A stretch of DNA of 38,730 nt from a virus (Duplodnaviria; Caudoviricetes), in the IMG/VR virus record IMGVR_UViG_3300017653_000202, positions 1 through 38,730 of that record. One strand, written 5' to 3'. Position numbers and translations under genes: made by a program. Shown here in pieces: positions 8,555 to 18,358 of this stretch. Numbering within the stretch: the first letter of the stretch is position 1; the number at the start of each line of letters is the position of its first letter. A model generated the notes under the pieces. That model did not search any database. It was not told the origin of the DNA and worked only from the letters and a program-made list of their open reading frames with translations.

Positions 8555-9412
8555 CTAAACGCCGATCAGGCGCGTGTAGTACTCGACACTCAGTTCGACG
8601 TTGCCACTCGACACCTCGACCGTGACGGTGTTCGCGCCACGGACCAGCGGCCACATATGCGAGTCGGTGGTGAGTGAGGGCATCACGTTGACCCCGTCGA
8701 CCTTCGCCGACCAGGTCTTCATGTCGACCGTCAATGTCTGCCCTTCGGTGACTGCGAGTCCGGCGAACCAGACCATCCGGGCGGTCGTCTCATTCGTCAC
8801 CTTCAGGCTCTCGAATTCGCCGGTTGCGACGAGAACCGGGTAGGTATCGATGTGGCCGGTGTTGACGATCTCGGTCGTCGCGCCGGCCGATGCCAGCGTG
8901 AACGGCATCGCCAGGGGGATCGACAGCCCGCCGCCGGCCGACCCGATCGCGATCTGATTGAGCGTCTGCTCCCGCCATGTCGGATCGGGACACCGGAACG
9001 ACACCGTCGCGTGCTCGACGAACTCGCGCCAGTCAGGGCCGGCCGTGTCGAAACCGAGGCCCGTCTCCAGCAGCGCATCGATCTCGTACGTCACGCCGCC
9101 GGGAACCCACGTCAGGTCGATGACCCCCATCCCGGCCTTCGGGTTGATGCTGTCGATCGCCGCCCGCCGCAGCGCGTTGGTGGCCGCGTAGCCGTTACCG
9201 GCGATCTCCAGTTGTGCGATCAGGAACCGCGGCTGCACGATCGTCCGGCCGAGATAGACCTCACCGTCTCGGTTCGGTGTCCTTGCAACCTGGTGGGACA
9301 GCGCCGGGATGCCCGCACCTTTGACGTCGACGAGCTGGACGTCGTCATCGTTGAGGGCCAGCCGTGGCCCTCCCGGCGGGGTGTAGCCCAGCCGGGGATA
9401 CCATTCGGCCAT
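8555..9412 (-). CDS. Distal tail protein (Dit)
   Basis: Immediately after the tape measure gene; FRCPDPTW, NTGHIDTYPV and LVRGANTV motifs. Confidence 0.85.
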   Translation of the reverse strand: MAEWYPRLGYTPPGGPRLALNDDDVQLVDVKGAGIPALSHQVARTPNRDGEVYLGRTIVQPRFLIAQLEIAGNGYAATNALRRAAIDSINPKAGMGVIDLTWVPGGVTYEIDALLETGLGFDTAGPDWREFVEHATVSFRCPDPTWREQTLNQIAIGSAGGGLSIPLAMPFTLASAGATTEIVNTGHIDTYPVLVATGEFESLKVTNETTARMVWFAGLAVTEGQTLTVDMKTWSAKVDGVNVMPSLTTDSHMWPLVRGANTVTVEVSSGNVELSVEYYTRLIGV

Positions 9413-12400
9413 TAGTTCGCCTCCTGCAGGAGCATCTGCATCTCACGCGCGGCGTCGAGCGTGAACATCTGCGCGTAGTGCCCGATCATCGCGGGCGACG
9501 CTTCCATCACGTTGATGGTCTGATTGATCGTGATCGGCGGTGTCGTCTTCAGTTCGGCCTGCTCGCCGAGCAACCGTCGTCCTCGTGGTGAGTCGAGCGG
9601 GATGATCGCTTCGGCTGATCCGCCCTCGGCGACGGTGATGTCGCGCCCGCCCGGCGTGGCCGGGACGATGCCGCCATCGGCGAGTTGTGGCCGCTCACCC
9701 TTCGGGTTGGCTTTCGTCTTGCCGTATTCAGCGAAGAACTTCGCATGCTTCTTGTAGACCTCTGGGTACTTCAGCGACATCGCGTAGGCGAACTCGAGGT
9801 CGGATTCGCTCAGCGTCGATGGGTCATCCGGTACCCAGACGGCAAGGTCGCCGCCGTACTTGCTTGCTCCTGGAATCGTGACCCACTCGCCGATTGCGTC
9901 GAGTCGGTCACTCTCAGCAACTGCATCCTTCCCGCTCATCGACTTCTTCGGCGAGTTGCCCCCGTTGCCATCGGAAACGGCGGGCGGATTCATGGCCCCC
10001 TTGACCTTCTTCGCCGTTTGATCGGCCTTCGTGCCGAGTTGGTCGAGCAGCTTCGTGATGATCGCCAGGTTTGCCTCGATCCCCGATGGATCGGTCCCGG
10101 CGATCAGCGCCTCTGCCAAGCTCACGATTAGTTGCTCTTCGAGCTTCCGAAGCTGCTCGATCATCACGTCGATTTGCTCGCCACTGGCATTCGAGAGCAT
10201 CCCGAAGGCGTCTTCGACCGAGAGTTGACCGTCGGCGATTGCATCGACCAGCGAGTCGATGATCTCGGCCCCGCCGTCCTCCATCTGCGGCAGGATCGAA
10301 GCGATTTCGTCGAGCGGGATCTGCTTGATGACGCCCATCGCCTCTTCGTAGGCAGCCAGTGCCTCATCGGAGAGGAGGCCATTCGCAGCCGCGATAGCCG
10401 TCTGTTCGTGCGCTTCGGCCAGTTCGTCGGCTAGCTCGTCGGCCTGCTCCTGGTAGGCCGCGATCAGTTCTTCGGACCAGCCTTCGGCCTGGCCGAACGC
10501 GATGACCGCGTTGATCTCGTCGAGTTTCTCCTGGAGTTTCGGAACCAGCGACCCGTCAAGCACTTCGCCGACCCGACCGGCGATCGCGTCGAGGTCGATG
10601 TTTTCCCAGGCCGAGATCAGCCCGCTCTCGATCGCCTGCCGCTGAATCTCGGCGAACGACACCAGTTGCGCCTCGGCAGCCGAGATCGCCGCCTGGAGAC
10701 CGGCCGTCACCTCCTCCGGAGCGCCGAGGAGGTTGGCAAGCGCCAGTTGTTCCTGCAGGCCGCGAAGTTGCTCGCTGACCCGGCCCATCGCCTCGCCGGA
10801 CAGGATCTCCTCAGCACTGCCGAGGATGCCCGCCCAGTAGTCCGCCGACGCCTGCCGTCCCTCTGCCGCGGCGAACGCTTCGTCGACCGTCATGTCGATC
10901 GCGTTGACGTGGGCCGCGACTGCCGAGCGGATCAGGTTGTACTGGTATTCGAGCTTGTCGAGTTGCTCCTGATCGACACCGGCCAGCCGCGCCAACTCCA
11001 GCTCGGTGCGGGCAGCATCCATCCGATCCCGCATCTCCAGCAGGACCGCGTCGCCCATGTTCCGGGCGGCTGCAACGGCTTCGGTGCTGGCGTTCGCGAG
11101 ACCGTCGAGAATCGCATCGGCGATCTGGTCGACCGTCGCGCCGAGCGAGGATTCCTCTTCGGTCATGCCGACCGCGATGCCCTGGACGATCGGCCGGCCG
11201 ACTGTCTCCGCCATGAGCTTCGACGGAGACGAGATCCCGAACGCACTCTTGAAGGCGCCGGTGATCCCGTCCTTGATCGAGCCGGCCAGACCAGTTGCCT
11301 GCTCGACGACCCAGTCCTTCAGGCCGGACATGCCGTTCCACAGGCCAGTCAGGATGTCACCGCCGGCCGAGACCAGCCATTCGAGGGCGTCCGAGAACTT
11401 ACCAAGGACGCCGTTCTTGACTCCGTCGACGGTCTGTCCGAGCTCGACGATCTTGCCGAGGATGCCGGTGATCAGACCGGCGATAAAGTCGGCACCCTTC
11501 GTGAGAGCGTCGGACACCATGTCGGCCAAAAATCCGGAGACGGAGGCGAGCATCGCCCCCATCTCGCCTGGCAGACTCAGCGCCCAGGTTGCGAAGCCGC
11601 TCGCCAGACCGGTGATGAACTCGCCGGCCTTCGCCGCTCCGTCGGCGACCAGATCGGCTAGAAACCCACCGACCGAGCCCAGGAGATCGAGCATGATCCC
11701 GCCGGCCGTCGCCGGTAGGCCGCTCAGAATCCCGACCACCCCGTCAACGAAATCGCCAACCAGCGACTTCGCGGCCTCCCACGCCGCCGACCAGTCACCC
11801 TGGACCAGCGCCGAGACGAGATCGACGAGGTTGATGACCGTATCGAGAACCAGATTGATCGCCGCCCCGGCCGATTCGAGCGCTCCGATCAGCAGATCGG
11901 CGGCCGCCGGTAGCACGGCGACGAGCAGCTTGGACAGGCCTTCGAGGGCGAACACCAGACCGGTGATCGCGGCCACGATGACCGCTCCAAGAACGATGCC
12001 GAGCGCTTCCAGCACTGGCTGGAGCTTCCCTGCGATCTCGGCGAACTGGTCGAGCAGTGGGCCGGTATCGCCGAACGAATCTCGGACGCCGGCGAAGGCG
12101 TCGCCGAGATTCGACAGCGTGTCCCGCAACGACCCGCCGAGTAGCTCAAGGAGTGGTTCCGCCGCTTCGGTCAGCCGGTCCCACTGCTCAGGAATACCCT
12201 CGAAGATCCCGGTCAGCGACTCACGCAGGCCGGCCCAGTCAACGGCACCGAGCGCCGTCCCGAGATTGGTCGCGATCGACTGCGCCGGACCCGACAGGTC
12301 CGCCCCGCCGATCGCCCCACTCAGGAACGTCGCGATCTGCGACCCGAAATCGGACGCCGCCTGGAATCCGGCGACGATCCCATTCAGGATCGATTGCCCG

Positions 12401-13857
12401 ACACCAGACCAGTCGATCGCCTCGAACTGCCCGATCGCCCAGGTCGCGAACCGCGTCCCGAAATCGACGACCGCGTTGATGCCGTCGATCAGCCCGTTGA
12501 CGACCGTTGTCGCCAGGCTTGACCAGTCCACGCTCGCGAGCTGGCCAGAGATCCAGCCCAGCATCCGCGAGCCGAAGTCCGCGACCATCTCGACGCCGGC
12601 CAGCAGGCCGTTGACGAACGACGTCGCCAGCCCCGACCAGTCGATCGACTGGAATTGCCCGACCAACCAATTCGCGATCCGCGAGCCAGCGTCAGACACC
12701 ATCTCGACCGCGCCGAGCAGACCGTCCAGCAGCCTGCTCGCCAGCCCGGCCCAATCGACCTGGCCGAGCGCATCGAGCGCGACGCGACCCAGCCGGCCGA
12801 TCGCTTCGACGAAGTTCTCGAGTCCGCCGACGGCGCCAGGCAGGATCCCGGCGAGGCCATCCTTGCCGAACCCCTGGATCGCGCCCTTTAGCGCCGCACC
12901 AACCGGCCCACCGAGGACGGTGACGATGTCACCTAGCAGCGGCCGGATCGCCTCGAAGGCGGATAGCAGCCCACCGCCGACGGCGAGCGCCAGATCGCGG
13001 AAGGCGCGCACCTGCGGCGAGATGATCTCGGAAAGCGAATCGAGTCCAGTCGTCGCGAGATCGAGCGCCCGTGGGAGATTGCTCGCCAGCCCGGAGATCA
13101 GCGGCTCGATCGCCGGCAGCAGCCGCATCCCGATCTCGGCACGCAGATCCTCGAACGACGCCGAGATGACCTTGAGGGAGTTGGCCATCCCGTCCTTGGT
13201 GCGGGCGAAATCACCCTGCGCGGTGGCCGTCTGCTCCAGAATCAGGGCATAGGTGGCCTGCGCTTTGGCAGCCGGGGACAGCTCGCCGGTGACGTCGGCG
13301 AGGCCCATCTCCAGGGCCTTCGCTTCGATCGCCGCAGCGTTGAGGTTGATACCGAGGGACTTGAGAGGTTCGGTCTCACCGGTCAGACCGGCGCGGAGCT
13401 TTTCGAGGACCTCGTCGGTCCCCATGTTGTTGAAGGAGCCGAGGTCGGCCGCGAGACCAACGATCCCCTCGGACATGTCAGCCGCCGCCTCGGTGGACAT
13501 GTCCATCGCGACGAACAGGTTGCCGAACGTGCCGAGGGACGCGAGCGCCTCACTGCGGCTCAGGCCAAACGCCTGGGCGGCGTTCTCGCCGAACTGGTGA
13601 ATGCGCGATGCCGAGTCGCCGAAGACGACGTCGACCTTGGACATCGACTCCGACAGGTCGGACGCCGCCATCACACCGGAGACAGCCAGCGCACCGGCCG
13701 CCGCGCCCGCGACGGCCAGCCCGGCCGCTGCGACCTTGCCGAACGTCGCGAGCTTTGACCCCAGACCGTCAGATGACTGACCGACGGCTTCGAGCGCCTT
13801 CTGCGCCGAGCGGCCGTCGCCCAGGATCTCTAACCGGACTGTTCGTGATCCCGACAC
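9412..13857 (-). CDS. Tape measure protein (1481 aa)
   Basis: Long Ala/Gly-rich helical protein; LTGETEPLKSLGINL, GDWSAAW, FGISSPSKLM and LADGGIV..VAEGGSAEAIIPL motifs. Confidence 0.95.
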   Translation of the reverse strand: MSGSRTVRLEILGDGRSAQKALEAVGQSSDGLGSKLATFGKVAAAGLAVAGAAAGALAVSGVMAASDLSESMSKVDVVFGDSASRIHQFGENAAQAFGLSRSEALASLGTFGNLFVAMDMSTEAAADMSEGIVGLAADLGSFNNMGTDEVLEKLRAGLTGETEPLKSLGINLNAAAIEAKALEMGLADVTGELSPAAKAQATYALILEQTATAQGDFARTKDGMANSLKVISASFEDLRAEIGMRLLPAIEPLISGLASNLPRALDLATTGLDSLSEIISPQVRAFRDLALAVGGGLLSAFEAIRPLLGDIVTVLGGPVGAALKGAIQGFGKDGLAGILPGAVGGLENFVEAIGRLGRVALDALGQVDWAGLASRLLDGLLGAVEMVSDAGSRIANWLVGQFQSIDWSGLATSFVNGLLAGVEMVADFGSRMLGWISGQLASVDWSSLATTVVNGLIDGINAVVDFGTRFATWAIGQFEAIDWSGVGQSILNGIVAGFQAASDFGSQIATFLSGAIGGADLSGPAQSIATNLGTALGAVDWAGLRESLTGIFEGIPEQWDRLTEAAEPLLELLGGSLRDTLSNLGDAFAGVRDSFGDTGPLLDQFAEIAGKLQPVLEALGIVLGAVIVAAITGLVFALEGLSKLLVAVLPAAADLLIGALESAGAAINLVLDTVINLVDLVSALVQGDWSAAWEAAKSLVGDFVDGVVGILSGLPATAGGIMLDLLGSVGGFLADLVADGAAKAGEFITGLASGFATWALSLPGEMGAMLASVSGFLADMVSDALTKGADFIAGLITGILGKIVELGQTVDGVKNGVLGKFSDALEWLVSAGGDILTGLWNGMSGLKDWVVEQATGLAGSIKDGITGAFKSAFGISSPSKLMAETVGRPIVQGIAVGMTEEESSLGATVDQIADAILDGLANASTEAVAAARNMGDAVLLEMRDRMDAARTELELARLAGVDQEQLDKLEYQYNLIRSAVAAHVNAIDMTVDEAFAAAEGRQASADYWAGILGSAEEILSGEAMGRVSEQLRGLQEQLALANLLGAPEEVTAGLQAAISAAEAQLVSFAEIQRQAIESGLISAWENIDLDAIAGRVGEVLDGSLVPKLQEKLDEINAVIAFGQAEGWSEELIAAYQEQADELADELAEAHEQTAIAAANGLLSDEALAAYEEAMGVIKQIPLDEIASILPQMEDGGAEIIDSLVDAIADGQLSVEDAFGMLSNASGEQIDVMIEQLRKLEEQLIVSLAEALIAGTDPSGIEANLAIITKLLDQLGTKADQTAKKVKGAMNPPAVSDGNGGNSPKKSMSGKDAVAESDRLDAIGEWVTIPGASKYGGDLAVWVPDDPSTLSESDLEFAYAMSLKYPEVYKKHAKFFAEYGKTKANPKGERPQLADGGIVPATPGGRDITVAEGGSAEAIIPLDSPRGRRLLGEQAELKTTPPITINQTINVMEASPAMIGHYAQMFTLDAAREMQMLLQEAN
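12295..12753 (-). repeat. Four tandem 38-aa (114-bp) repeats inside the tape measure gene
   Basis: DW codons recur at 12751, 12637, 12523 and 12409, exactly 114 bp apart, with a degenerate DL at 12295. Confidence 0.85.
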
Positions 13858-13858
13858 G

Positions 13859-13910
13859 GCCCACCCTCACGACATCTGCCCTCACGGGCGTCGGAGAGCG
13901 GGCGCGTATC
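13859..13910 (-). promoter_or_regulatory. GATA plus hairpin occluding the tape measure RBS
   Basis: GCCCGCTCTC (13903-13894) pairs with GAGGGTGGGC (13868-13859), which contains the RBS; inner CGAC/GTCG and GCCC-GTGA-GGGC stems. Confidence 0.6.
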
Positions 13911-13968
13911 GCGGCGGCTCTGTCAGGTCAGCGGGCGGCCGGCATTCACCGGCGGGCGCGACCCCAGA

Positions 13969-14106
13969 TCAGTTGTCACGCCGCGAGGTGCGGCGCGGTG
14001 TCTCAATTCCGAAGTACTCGTCGATCGCAGCAATCAGCATCCCGAGCGCGCGTTTCACGCCCAGCCATAGCAGCCGTCGCCGCTCCTCACTGCTCTGTTC
14101 GTCCAT
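13969..14106 (-). CDS. Small hypothetical protein (45 aa), not in the ORF track
   Basis: GGAGGG RBS. Translation MDEQSSEERRRLLWLGVKRALGMLIAAIDEYFGIETPRRTSRRDN. Confidence 0.6.
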   Translation of the reverse strand: MDEQSSEERRRLLWLGVKRALGMLIAAIDEYFGIETPRRTSRRDN

Positions 14107-14143
14107 CTGTCATCCCTCCAGCGACAGCACTGTCGTGCAGGGA

Positions 14144-14500
14144 TCAGGACGCCTTTGCTCGGGCCCGCGTCGGCTTCGGTCGCTGCGCGAGCGGCTGTTG
14201 GCCTGGCGGATTCTTCGACCGGCCCTTGGCGGGCTTGGTGGGGGCGTACTCCAGCTCCGTGACGCGAACCCGCTTGGCATCCTCGATCGTGAAGTTGGGA
14301 TCCTGCCGTCGGCCGGACAGCCAGATCATTGCGGTCAGCATCCCCTTCGGCATCGCATAGATGCGCTCGGCCGCTGGAAGGCTCTCCAGATCGGCCATGA
14401 ACTTCATGAACTCGCCGGTGCCCATCCCGACATACGCGGCCATGTCCTCGACCTCGCCGACCTCCAGCGAGTTGATGTCCAACTGGAATGTCTGAGCCAT
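14144..14500 (-). CDS. Tail assembly chaperone (putative)
   Basis: Position upstream of the tape measure gene; AMIWLSGRRQDPNFTIEDA motif; GAGAGG RBS. Confidence 0.7.
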   Translation of the reverse strand: MAQTFQLDINSLEVGEVEDMAAYVGMGTGEFMKFMADLESLPAAERIYAMPKGMLTAMIWLSGRRQDPNFTIEDAKRVRVTELEYAPTKPAKGRSKNPPGQQPLAQRPKPTRARAKAS

Positions 14501-14533
14501 CTCGGATTCCTCTCTCTACTCGTGGCGCTGCGC

Positions 14534-14980
14534 CTACTTCGGGAACGCGATCTTCGCCAGATCGCCGACGGCGTCGCGGTACTCCTCGACGATTTCGTCT
14601 CGCAACTCCTCGACGACCGGCCACAGGATGTGACCCTCTCGGTTCTTCCTGGGAAACTGCCGGTACTTGCCGCCCGATCCCCACTCGTTACCAGCCACCC
14701 ACGGCGTCCGCGCGCCGCCCATCGCGACCGCCGCACTGCGCTGAGTCGCCAGTGCCCGGATCGTCGCCACGCCCTTGCTGCCGATCGTGGCCCGACCACC
14801 CGCGAGGTTGCGGCGTGACTGACTACCGCGCCGCTTCGCCTCCGGTAGCACGACCTTCTCGACGACGTGCTTGTTCGTCTGCTGCAGTTGTTTGGGGAAC
14901 TGATCACCGGCGCGTTTGAGGTCGCGCCGAAACTCCCGCAGATCCGGAGCTTCGATCACGACCCCATTGCCGCGACTCAT
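14534..14980 (-). CDS. HK97 gp10-like tail component
   Basis: LREFRRDLK, PWVAGNEWG and HILWPVVE motifs; basic protein in the tail module. Confidence 0.7.
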   Translation of the reverse strand: MSRGNGVVIEAPDLREFRRDLKRAGDQFPKQLQQTNKHVVEKVVLPEAKRRGSQSRRNLAGGRATIGSKGVATIRALATQRSAAVAMGGARTPWVAGNEWGSGGKYRQFPRKNREGHILWPVVEELRDEIVEEYRDAVGDLAKIAFPK

Positions 14981-15963
14981 TACGGTGTTGCGTCGGTCGT
15001 CTGGTACTCGACCTCGATGATCGGATTCGTCCCGTCGTCGAGTGCCTTGAACGGCACCGACTGCGCGATGACGTCCGGGCCACCCACGTTGACCGCGCCG
15101 CCCGTGTACTCGACCTCCTCCAGCGTGATCTTCAGGTATGCCTTCAGCGCATCCTCAATCACCGGCCCCTCGAACAGCAGGACGACCGTCGCGGTCGCGC
15201 CATTTTTGAACGCCTGCCCGATCGCGGTCGACTCGAACTCCTTCTCCAGCGTGCCGGTGATGGTGAACTCGCCGTTACCGAGCTGCTCCTTCTTCTTGTT
15301 GCCGACGAAGCGGCGATCGGTCTTGACGGCATTGCCGCCGGCCAGTGTCACCGCGCTGACATCCACCGTCGAGCCATCGACCGTCACCGAGCCGCCGACC
15401 ATCGTCAGCATCGCTGCGTCGGAGGGATAGGACGGCGTCGCCAGGCTGTCCGTCTCCTGTTCGGTCTCGTAGTCGCAGTTGAGCGTCAGACCGACCGCCT
15501 CGTCGAGGTTGCAGGTCAGCTCCCAGCCCGTGACCTTGCCGCCCTCATAGTTGTATTTGTTGACCGTCCCGTCCACGCTCGGCCGGCCGACCTGGAGCGT
15601 GTGCGAGATCCCCTTCAGCGCGTTGGCGTCGTGCACAAAAGTGTGCAGGTAGACGGTCGGCGAGTTCTCCTCGTCGGGCTGGCTGGTCGCCACCTCGCCG
15701 AACATCTGCTGCAGCCAGAAGCCAAACCCGTTGGTCAGCACCTCGCTGAAGACGACGTCACCAGCCGCGCCGGCGACATAGGTCGTCACCCGGTCCTTGC
15801 GCTGGAATCGACCCCGGCCGATCCCCCGGCCGTAGATCTTGCGGACGTCCGGGACGATCGACTCCGACCCGAACTCGTAGAAATGGTCCGGCGTCGCGAA
15901 GGTTCCCCAGGTCGTCTCCTTCGCCGCCCCGATCTGGGCATCGATACCCGTTCCTGTAGCCAC
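14980..15963 (-). CDS. Major tail (tube) protein
   Basis: QIGAAKETTWGT, HTLQVGRP..YEGGKVTGWEL and ITGTLEKEF motifs; GGAGGG RBS. Confidence 0.85.
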   Translation of the reverse strand: MATGTGIDAQIGAAKETTWGTFATPDHFYEFGSESIVPDVRKIYGRGIGRGRFQRKDRVTTYVAGAAGDVVFSEVLTNGFGFWLQQMFGEVATSQPDEENSPTVYLHTFVHDANALKGISHTLQVGRPSVDGTVNKYNYEGGKVTGWELTCNLDEAVGLTLNCDYETEQETDSLATPSYPSDAAMLTMVGGSVTVDGSTVDVSAVTLAGGNAVKTDRRFVGNKKKEQLGNGEFTITGTLEKEFESTAIGQAFKNGATATVVLLFEGPVIEDALKAYLKITLEEVEYTGGAVNVGGPDVIAQSVPFKALDDGTNPIIEVEYQTTDATP

Positions 15964-15987
15964 TGTCTCGGCCCTCCAACTGGCACG

Positions 15988-16010
15988 AAAAAACGGCCCG
16001 CTGGGGCCGC
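15988..16010 (-). terminator. Intra-operon terminator directly upstream of the tail tube gene
   Basis: GCGGCCC-CAGC-GGGCCGT followed by TTTTT. Confidence 0.7.
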
Positions 16011-16042
16011 GTCACTCATGGATGCTGCGTCGTCTCCGGGAA

Positions 16043-16372
16043 CTATCGACCCCGGCGGCGCTTCGGTGGGTCGCCTGGGTCGTCGCCGGCCGGTGCGTTG
16101 GTGTCGGCCGCGTTCTGTTCCGGCTCGTCAGGTGTCGCCGGTTCGTCCGGCGTCTCCGGCGTCTCGGATTCCTCCGGCTCAACCGGGGCATTTGGCTCGG
16201 CCGGTTCGCCCCAGCCCACCGGTTCCCAGATCGACTGCTGCGCCAATCCCTCGGCGAGCGAGGCGTCGACGTCGACGACCTTACCCCGCGCGACAGTGAC
16301 GTAGCTGTTGTCGGGCAGAATCAGATCGACGGCAGGACTCCCGCCGACGTAGCGAACCTGCTTGGTCTCCAT
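16043..16372 (-). CDS. Hypothetical virion-associated protein with acidic Pro/Glu tail (109 aa)
   Basis: ATG at 16372 with GAGGAG RBS; METKQVRYVGG...PPKRRRGR. Confidence 0.7.
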   Translation of the reverse strand: METKQVRYVGGSPAVDLILPDNSYVTVARGKVVDVDASLAEGLAQQSIWEPVGWGEPAEPNAPVEPEESETPETPDEPATPDEPEQNAADTNAPAGDDPGDPPKRRRGR

Positions 16373-16377
16373 CGTTG

Positions 16378-16830
16378 CTAGCTCCTCGGTAGCGTCGCCT
16401 TGACGCCGATCTCGAAATCGATGTCGGTGATCCGGCTGTCGGAGTCGGCGGACTGGACCAGTTCGTAACTCGACAATTCCGCCTGGCGGGCGATCCCGCC
16501 AATAGTGGGATCGTCCCGCAGCGCGTCCTCGATCTCGGCCAGGATCGCGTAGGCCCGCGCCCGGCACGTCCGCACGTCCTCACGGAGGCTCCCAATCACC
16601 GACGTCCGGAGAGATCCGACGATCGCGTACTCCTCCTCGCGCCGGCGTGCGCCGAGCGATCCCCAGCGCTGCTTCGCCTTCACGCCGTAGAGGTCGATCC
16701 ACTCCTCCCCGAGCTCGCCGAGCGGGTAGGGTGCATCCTCGACCGTCACGCCGGCCAGGCCGTCACGCTCCGAAAGCAGCTCGCGCAGCGCGATCAGAAC
16801 ACTGTCAGCGGTGGTCGTTGTGGTTGCCAT
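16378..16830 (-). CDS. Tail terminator/completion-like protein
   Basis: Position in the head-tail module; EIEDALRDDPTIGG motif. Confidence 0.7.
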   Translation of the reverse strand: MATTTTTADSVLIALRELLSERDGLAGVTVEDAPYPLGELGEEWIDLYGVKAKQRWGSLGARRREEEYAIVGSLRTSVIGSLREDVRTCRARAYAILAEIEDALRDDPTIGGIARQAELSSYELVQSADSDSRITDIDFEIGVKATLPRS

Positions 16831-17738
16831 TAGCGCGCCCCCGGCAGTTTTTCGTTATAGCGGTGCAGGACCGCATCGACGAAAGGCAGGCCGTACTCTC
16901 GATAGACCGACCAGGGGTTGCCCTGTGTGCCGGCCGTCGCCAGCGTGAACGTCCCCAGCTCGCCGACCTCCGATGTCGCGCGCTCCGGTGACGTTCCCTT
17001 GACCAGCCGGTCGCGCAGCAGCATCAGCGCCGCCTGCGAGATCTCGCCCGGCGTTCGCTCCCAGCCATGCTCGTAAGTGATCCGCACGTTCTGCCGGCCA
17101 CGTGGGAACCAGCCGGTCTCATGCGTCAGACGACCGATCGGTTCGACTATCACGTCGAGCAACGACTCGTCGGTGTAGGCCGACCAGGTCGCGCCACTCC
17201 GGAGCTCGATCGCGCGCAACGCCGACACGCGCAGGTCTGGCAGGTAGAGGACGTCCCGGTTGTTCCCATTGAGGACGACCTGGCGCACCCTCGGCACGAA
17301 CGCGACGCCACAGATCTCGTACCAGGCGTCAAGGATCGCCGCCCGCGCCGCTTCGATCCGCTCCGTCGGGTAGCTCGTGTCGCTGGCCAGCTTGCCGCCC
17401 TGGTCGCTGCGCGCATCGGCGACGGAGAACAGCAGGTCGCCGATCACCTCGGCGCGCGTCTCGACCGTCTGTGGCTCGCCGTTGATCGTCCCGGTCCAGG
17501 TGCAGGTCAACTGATCCAGCGTGCCGCTCTCGGCCGGCGTCAGGGCTCGCGTGCGCGCCGATGCGCCCGTTCCCGATGTCGCGCCGTCCGTGACGATCGC
17601 GGAGCCATCCAGCCGCGTGATCGTCACCGTCACGGTGCCAGGATCGACGACCGCGCCGGCGGCGTCGAAGAACGTCACCGCCAGTGGCCCGCTGGTTCCC
17701 CGCAGGATCTGTTGGTAGCCCTGTCGCTCGACGGCCAT
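16830..17738 (-). CDS. Head-tail connector (gp6/gp15-like) with N-terminal Ig-like domain
   Basis: EICGVAFVPR and FPRGRQNVRITYEHGW..PGEISQAAL motifs. Confidence 0.8.
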   Translation of the reverse strand: MAVERQGYQQILRGTSGPLAVTFFDAAGAVVDPGTVTVTITRLDGSAIVTDGATSGTGASARTRALTPAESGTLDQLTCTWTGTINGEPQTVETRAEVIGDLLFSVADARSDQGGKLASDTSYPTERIEAARAAILDAWYEICGVAFVPRVRQVVLNGNNRDVLYLPDLRVSALRAIELRSGATWSAYTDESLLDVIVEPIGRLTHETGWFPRGRQNVRITYEHGWERTPGEISQAALMLLRDRLVKGTSPERATSEVGELGTFTLATAGTQGNPWSVYREYGLPFVDAVLHRYNEKLPGAR

Positions 17739-17771
17739 CGGTGTCCTCGTCTGCTGTATTGCTGCCGCACT

Positions 17772-17785
17772 ATTTCGCGCGGAAT
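17772..17785. promoter_or_regulatory. Palindrome ATTTCGCGCGGAAT, parS/NBS-like site 2
   Basis: Intergenic; one mismatch to site 1. Confidence 0.7.
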
Positions 17786-17821
17786 CAGAAGCCGGGCGAA
17801 CGCCGTTGTCCGCCCGGTATC
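17786..17821 (-). terminator. GATA plus hairpin (weak terminator) after the capsid accessory gene
   Basis: GATA-CCGGGCGGAC-AACGGC-GTTCGCCCGG-CTTCTG. Confidence 0.55.
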
Positions 17822-17831
17822 AGGTCACTCG

Positions 17832-18284
17832 TTAGGCGATGATCTCGTCGACCGACGTGAGATCGGTGCCAGGGATCACGGCCGGCCCGAAGCCGTGGAC
17901 ACTCGCGCCCATGTCGGAGGTGGCCGTGCCGACCGTCACCGACAGGCGGACGTGAGTGAACCGGTTGGTCACGTCCAGCTCGTCGGCGCGGCAGAGCATC
18001 ACCACCTGCTTGTTGCTATCGGTCCCGGCCTGGGTGAGCTGGGTGATGGCCTTGCCGGCGACGTCCTTGGCACCGGTGCCAGAACCGTCGGTCGCCTGCT
18101 GGAGCTTGGCGTCGACGGTCGCCGACGAACCGAGATCGCCGGCGAACACCGTCGCCATGATCTGACTGAACTTGCTCATGTCGATCCAGTCAGTCGTGTA
18201 GGTGTTGGCCGCGTAGGCGTCTGGGTCGATGACGCCGACCAGCGGCGCGCGATCGCTGGCGCGCTCGTACTTTCCTGCAACCAT
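17832..18284 (-). CDS. Capsid-associated (decoration-like) protein
   Basis: Follows the major capsid gene; beta-rich (TTDWIDMSKF, VDAKLQQATDGSG, THVRLSVTV); GGAGG RBS. Confidence 0.7.
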   Translation of the reverse strand: MVAGKYERASDRAPLVGVIDPDAYAANTYTTDWIDMSKFSQIMATVFAGDLGSSATVDAKLQQATDGSGTGAKDVAGKAITQLTQAGTDSNKQVVMLCRADELDVTNRFTHVRLSVTVGTATSDMGASVHGFGPAVIPGTDLTSVDEIIA

Positions 18285-18303
18285 TGCTGAGGTCCTCCAT
18301 CTC

Positions 18304-18329
18304 GACGGCCGGCGCGGTGGCCGGCCGTC
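18304..18329. other. 10-bp GC hairpin downstream of the capsid gene (mRNA stabiliser or pause site)
   Basis: GACGGCCGGC-N6-GCCGGCCGTC; no U tract. Confidence 0.55.
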
Positions 18330-18358
18330 CCGTCAGTCGTATGGATCAGTGCCAGCGA

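Noticed and set aside
11006-13252. 748-aa + strand ORF, and similar long antisense ORFs such as 18284-19852, 17067-18290 and 20586-21815
   Set aside because: Shadow frames of GC-rich structural genes; no RBS or recognisable motifs.
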